Shown: positions 61,336-64,000 of the stretch, in pieces
Layout: the number at the start of each line of letters is the position of its first letter
How positions within the stretch are numbered: position 1 is the stretch's first letter
The notes under the pieces: model-generated
Seen by the model: the letters and a program-made list of their open reading frames with translations, nothing else
What the model was told of the DNA's origin: nothing
The model's database searches: none
Assembly (NCBI RefSeq): GCF_964355755.1
Contig: NC_092674.1
Location: 24,242,001-24,306,000, forward strand
DNA from: Antedon mediterranea
Lineage: Eukaryota > Animalia > Echinodermata
Reading direction: 5' to 3'
Length of the DNA stretch: 64,000 bases
Translations under genes and position numbers: made by a program

Positions 61336-62857
61336 CTGAAAAATAAAATTGAAAGTGAAAGGACTCAGAAACTGAGTGAAGTACATAGCAAAGTGAAAAT
61401 TCGGGAAGAGAGAGAGAGCTCACTACTTGATATTTCAGCCCATAAAATAATACAGATTTTATTTGTGAAGTTATCAATGAACCGATTTTCTTGAAATTCA
61501 ATAGGCATGTTCAGTAAAGTATATTCAGGATAACTTGCTGTTAATATTGGATTTCACGCTGATTTTGATTTTTTTTGTATGAGACAAAAAGTATGATTGC
61601 ACGATCCTTAAATAGTATGTACTATTGTAGGCCATGTGACCCACAATCTGCCAATCAAATGACAAGAATCTATTTATTTATATACTTACATTGGTTGTTT
61701 CCTCGCTGACCAAACGATGTAGGTAATAATACAACAAGAGATAAATAGAGTGGCGAAAAGATTGCTGGTAAGGGGTAATCATTAACACCTTCTAACCAAT
61801 TTACAAAAAGAATCTGCAAAAGTGAAAAAAAAAACAAAAACAAAATGTATTCAATCAATAACAGTCAATCAAACTTGCACGCTCTCACCTACAATTTTGC
61901 TCTTTTCACCAATCTTAAGTTTTGTTTTAAAATTATCCAAATTATGATGTTTATCATACCACAACATAAAAATCAATCTTTTTTGGGAGTATCAAACCAG
62001 GCATGTTTTGGCCGTGGTCATTTAACGCCGGGACAACAATGATTTTCAAGGGTGGTGGCGGGGTTAGGGACATGGGGTTGGGGGCTGTGTTGTAATAGGG
62101 AAGTCTCAAGCCAGCAGTAACCTCAAAATTGTAAATTATGTTAACCTAAATAAATATATTTGATAAATACTCACTTCAAAAGTAAGTAGAGGTACTACTA
62201 GAGTAGCTCGGGCAAACGCAGCCATCATGTGGGCCCGTCTCTGCTCTGGCATTGTCTCAGTAGCCCTAAAGATAAGTATGGACCATATAACATCTACCAT
62301 ACACAGAAGACCCATTAAGATCCACATCGGTATAAAAACAATCTAAATAAAGCAAAAACAATTTAAAGCAAAAAACAAAAGCAGAACTTATTACCTCTAG
62401 TTCCTGTCCCCAACTTAATCAAATATTGGAGCTTCATATTTTACTTTTTTTTACAGTATATTTACTATATTTATTATTTTTTTATTTTTTGTAAGTAATT
62501 TGATTATGTACCACAACTTCAATGTTCAATCTTTCAAATTAAAAGTTACGATGTTTATTTACAATAAATTGTAGAATTGTTGTTTTTGTTATTGAGCACC
62601 ATAAAAAAAATGTAAAAATAATCAAATAATAGTCTTAAAGTTAAACTAACACTTTTTATTTGGCCTAAATTAATATTTTAGAATATACTGTACAATAATA
62701 CATCCTTTGTAAACAAATATTTGTTATAATATTTTATATTAATTTTTCTGTAATTATAAATCCATTGACTTACTGCCCAACTCCAAGTGATGAACATATC
62801 AAGTTTTAATGAAATAAACACAAACTGAAGTATATTTATTGAACAAATGGTCTCAAA
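61112..62857 (-). CDS. TMEM185: Transmembrane protein 185 (FAM11 family), last four coding exons; 5' part lies beyond the window
   Basis: Exons 62774-62857, 62175-62342, 61690-61813, 61112-61335: FETICSINILQFVFISLKLD...W|IVFIPMWILM...[17 protein letters not shown]...[34 protein letters not shown]...IDMPD*; characteristic [10 protein letters not shown], EYGNI and terminal D.PD. Confidence 0.94.
61690..61813 (-). CDS. TMEM185: TMEM185 exon (124 bp)
   Basis: gcag|[41 protein letters not shown] T|gtaagt. Confidence 0.93.
62175..62342 (-). CDS. TMEM185: TMEM185 exon (168 bp)
   Basis: ttag|IVFIPMWILMGLLC...PEQRRAH...VVPLLTFE|gtgagt. Confidence 0.93.
62774..62857 (-). CDS. TMEM185: TMEM185 exon (84 bp)
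   Basis: tcag|FETICSINILQFVFISLKLDMFITWSWA|gtaagt. Confidence 0.92.
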
Positions 62858-63308
62858 CTGAAAAACAAGACACAAAATTATATATAAATATTACAGTTTG
62901 TTTGTTCTCTTGATATCAATGAATGATAAAATAAGAAAGCAAATAATTTGGTTTAAAATACAGAAATACAAAACCTGTGTATTATTAAAAAAAAAACAAA
63001 AAAAAAAACCCCAAAAATAAAAAAAGAACATGGCCACTTTTTAGTTCTGGCATATCTGGGTCCGTTCAGACTGACTTTACCCTGGTAAGTTGGTTTCATA
63101 GACAAATTATCGGTAATTATGGTGGATAAGTGTGGGTAAAAGAGAGGGCAACATTGATTAACTTTTTTGGGAAATTTCTTTCTTCAGAAATATTAGGAGT
63201 CTAAATGTTTTAATGTATGAAACTGGGAATTGTAGGCTATTAAAACTGAATTCAAGTTGACAATTTGTTCATTTTTAAAAAAATAATAAGTTGTACACAC
63301 ATTTTATG

Positions 63309-63575
63309 ATTGGTCAGATGTTTGCCCTAATCTGATGTGATTGCACTTTGTACATATTTAGTCAGAGTCTCTGGTGGGACTCGGACCCACAACCTCCAGA
63401 TCACTAGCCTGGCGTTCATACACATAGACCACTGATCTTGCACTGATGGCTAGGGTTAGATTCACACCCAAGAAGGCAACAGGTACTGTCCCAACACAAT
63501 AACTGTTTTAAATAACTACCTGTACTGCAAAGTAGCTTTGCGTTAGGGAGTTAATTAATTGGTTAGATGTTATTT
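63309..63575 (-). mobile_element. Second, more diverged copy of the tRNA-derived element
   Basis: ggtgggactcggacccacaacctccagatcactagcctggcgttcatac shared with 58264-58311; segment attggt(c/t)agatgtt recurs in direct orientation at both ends. Confidence 0.7.
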
Positions 63576-63874
63576 TAACATTTATATAGTATACCAAATT
63601 TTATCAGTGGCCAATGCATGGGAATTTAAATTAAAATTGTATGTAGCACCTTCTATGTTATAATAACTCAAAATATTCATGAAAAACGCCCTCTATGTTT
63701 ATTTTTTCGCTGAATTGAGTTTGGTTTTCCTGTACTACCTCAAACATAAAATACAAATAATCATAGGCATAGGCTCTTTATGCTGAAATTAATTAAATGT
63801 GAAGTACTAGGCTATTTTACCTCCCAAAACAGGCAAGTTAATTTCAAAATAATGTTTTTGTGAATATTTGTAAT

Positions 63875-63975
63875 GGATGCGTGAGATTGAGAAATAGCTA
63901 TGTATGCGTGAGGCATAACAAATCGGTCCTCATGCATGAAACTCTCGCATTATGCGTGAGAGTTGGCAGGTATAT
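63875..63975. mobile_element. hAT-like MITE end
   Basis: Repeated atgcgtgag sub-terminal motif ending in gttggcaggta. Confidence 0.4.
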
Positions 63976-64000
63976 ACATGCAATATACTTTTCATTTTTT

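Overview
AT-rich animal genomic DNA with GT-AG introns; it looks like an invertebrate deuterostome, possibly an echinoderm (inference). Three protein-coding genes were reconstructed by hand from splice sites and reading frame. (1) An inverted-formin gene (INF2/FHDC1-like) on the minus strand, 16 coding exons, 41895->1768, 6804 nt CDS (2267 aa): DID/armadillo region, FH1, FH2, WH2/DAD, and a ~1300-aa low-complexity tail in one 4.1-kb exon. (2) DPH3 on the plus strand, 3 exons, 82 aa. (3) The last four coding exons of TMEM185 on the minus strand. Introns and intergenic DNA hold many non-autonomous mobile elements (three palindromic MITE families, two TTAA-flanked Kolobok-like elements, SINEs, a CR1 3' end), a 4x215-bp tandem repeat and a 45-bp repeat in the DPH3 3' region. 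Most interesting signals: a dispersed family of 20-32-bp CA..TG hairpins with exact 7-bp target duplications (likely P/Galileo-type excision footprints); a candidate internal promoter with an in-frame ATG that would give a formin lacking most of its DID; a tRNA-headed element with a perfect 58-bp inversion and TSD; a 175-bp MITE inserted head-to-head into a copy of itself; and strong enrichment of the palindrome TAGGCCTA. All coordinates were read by eye and no database search was possible.
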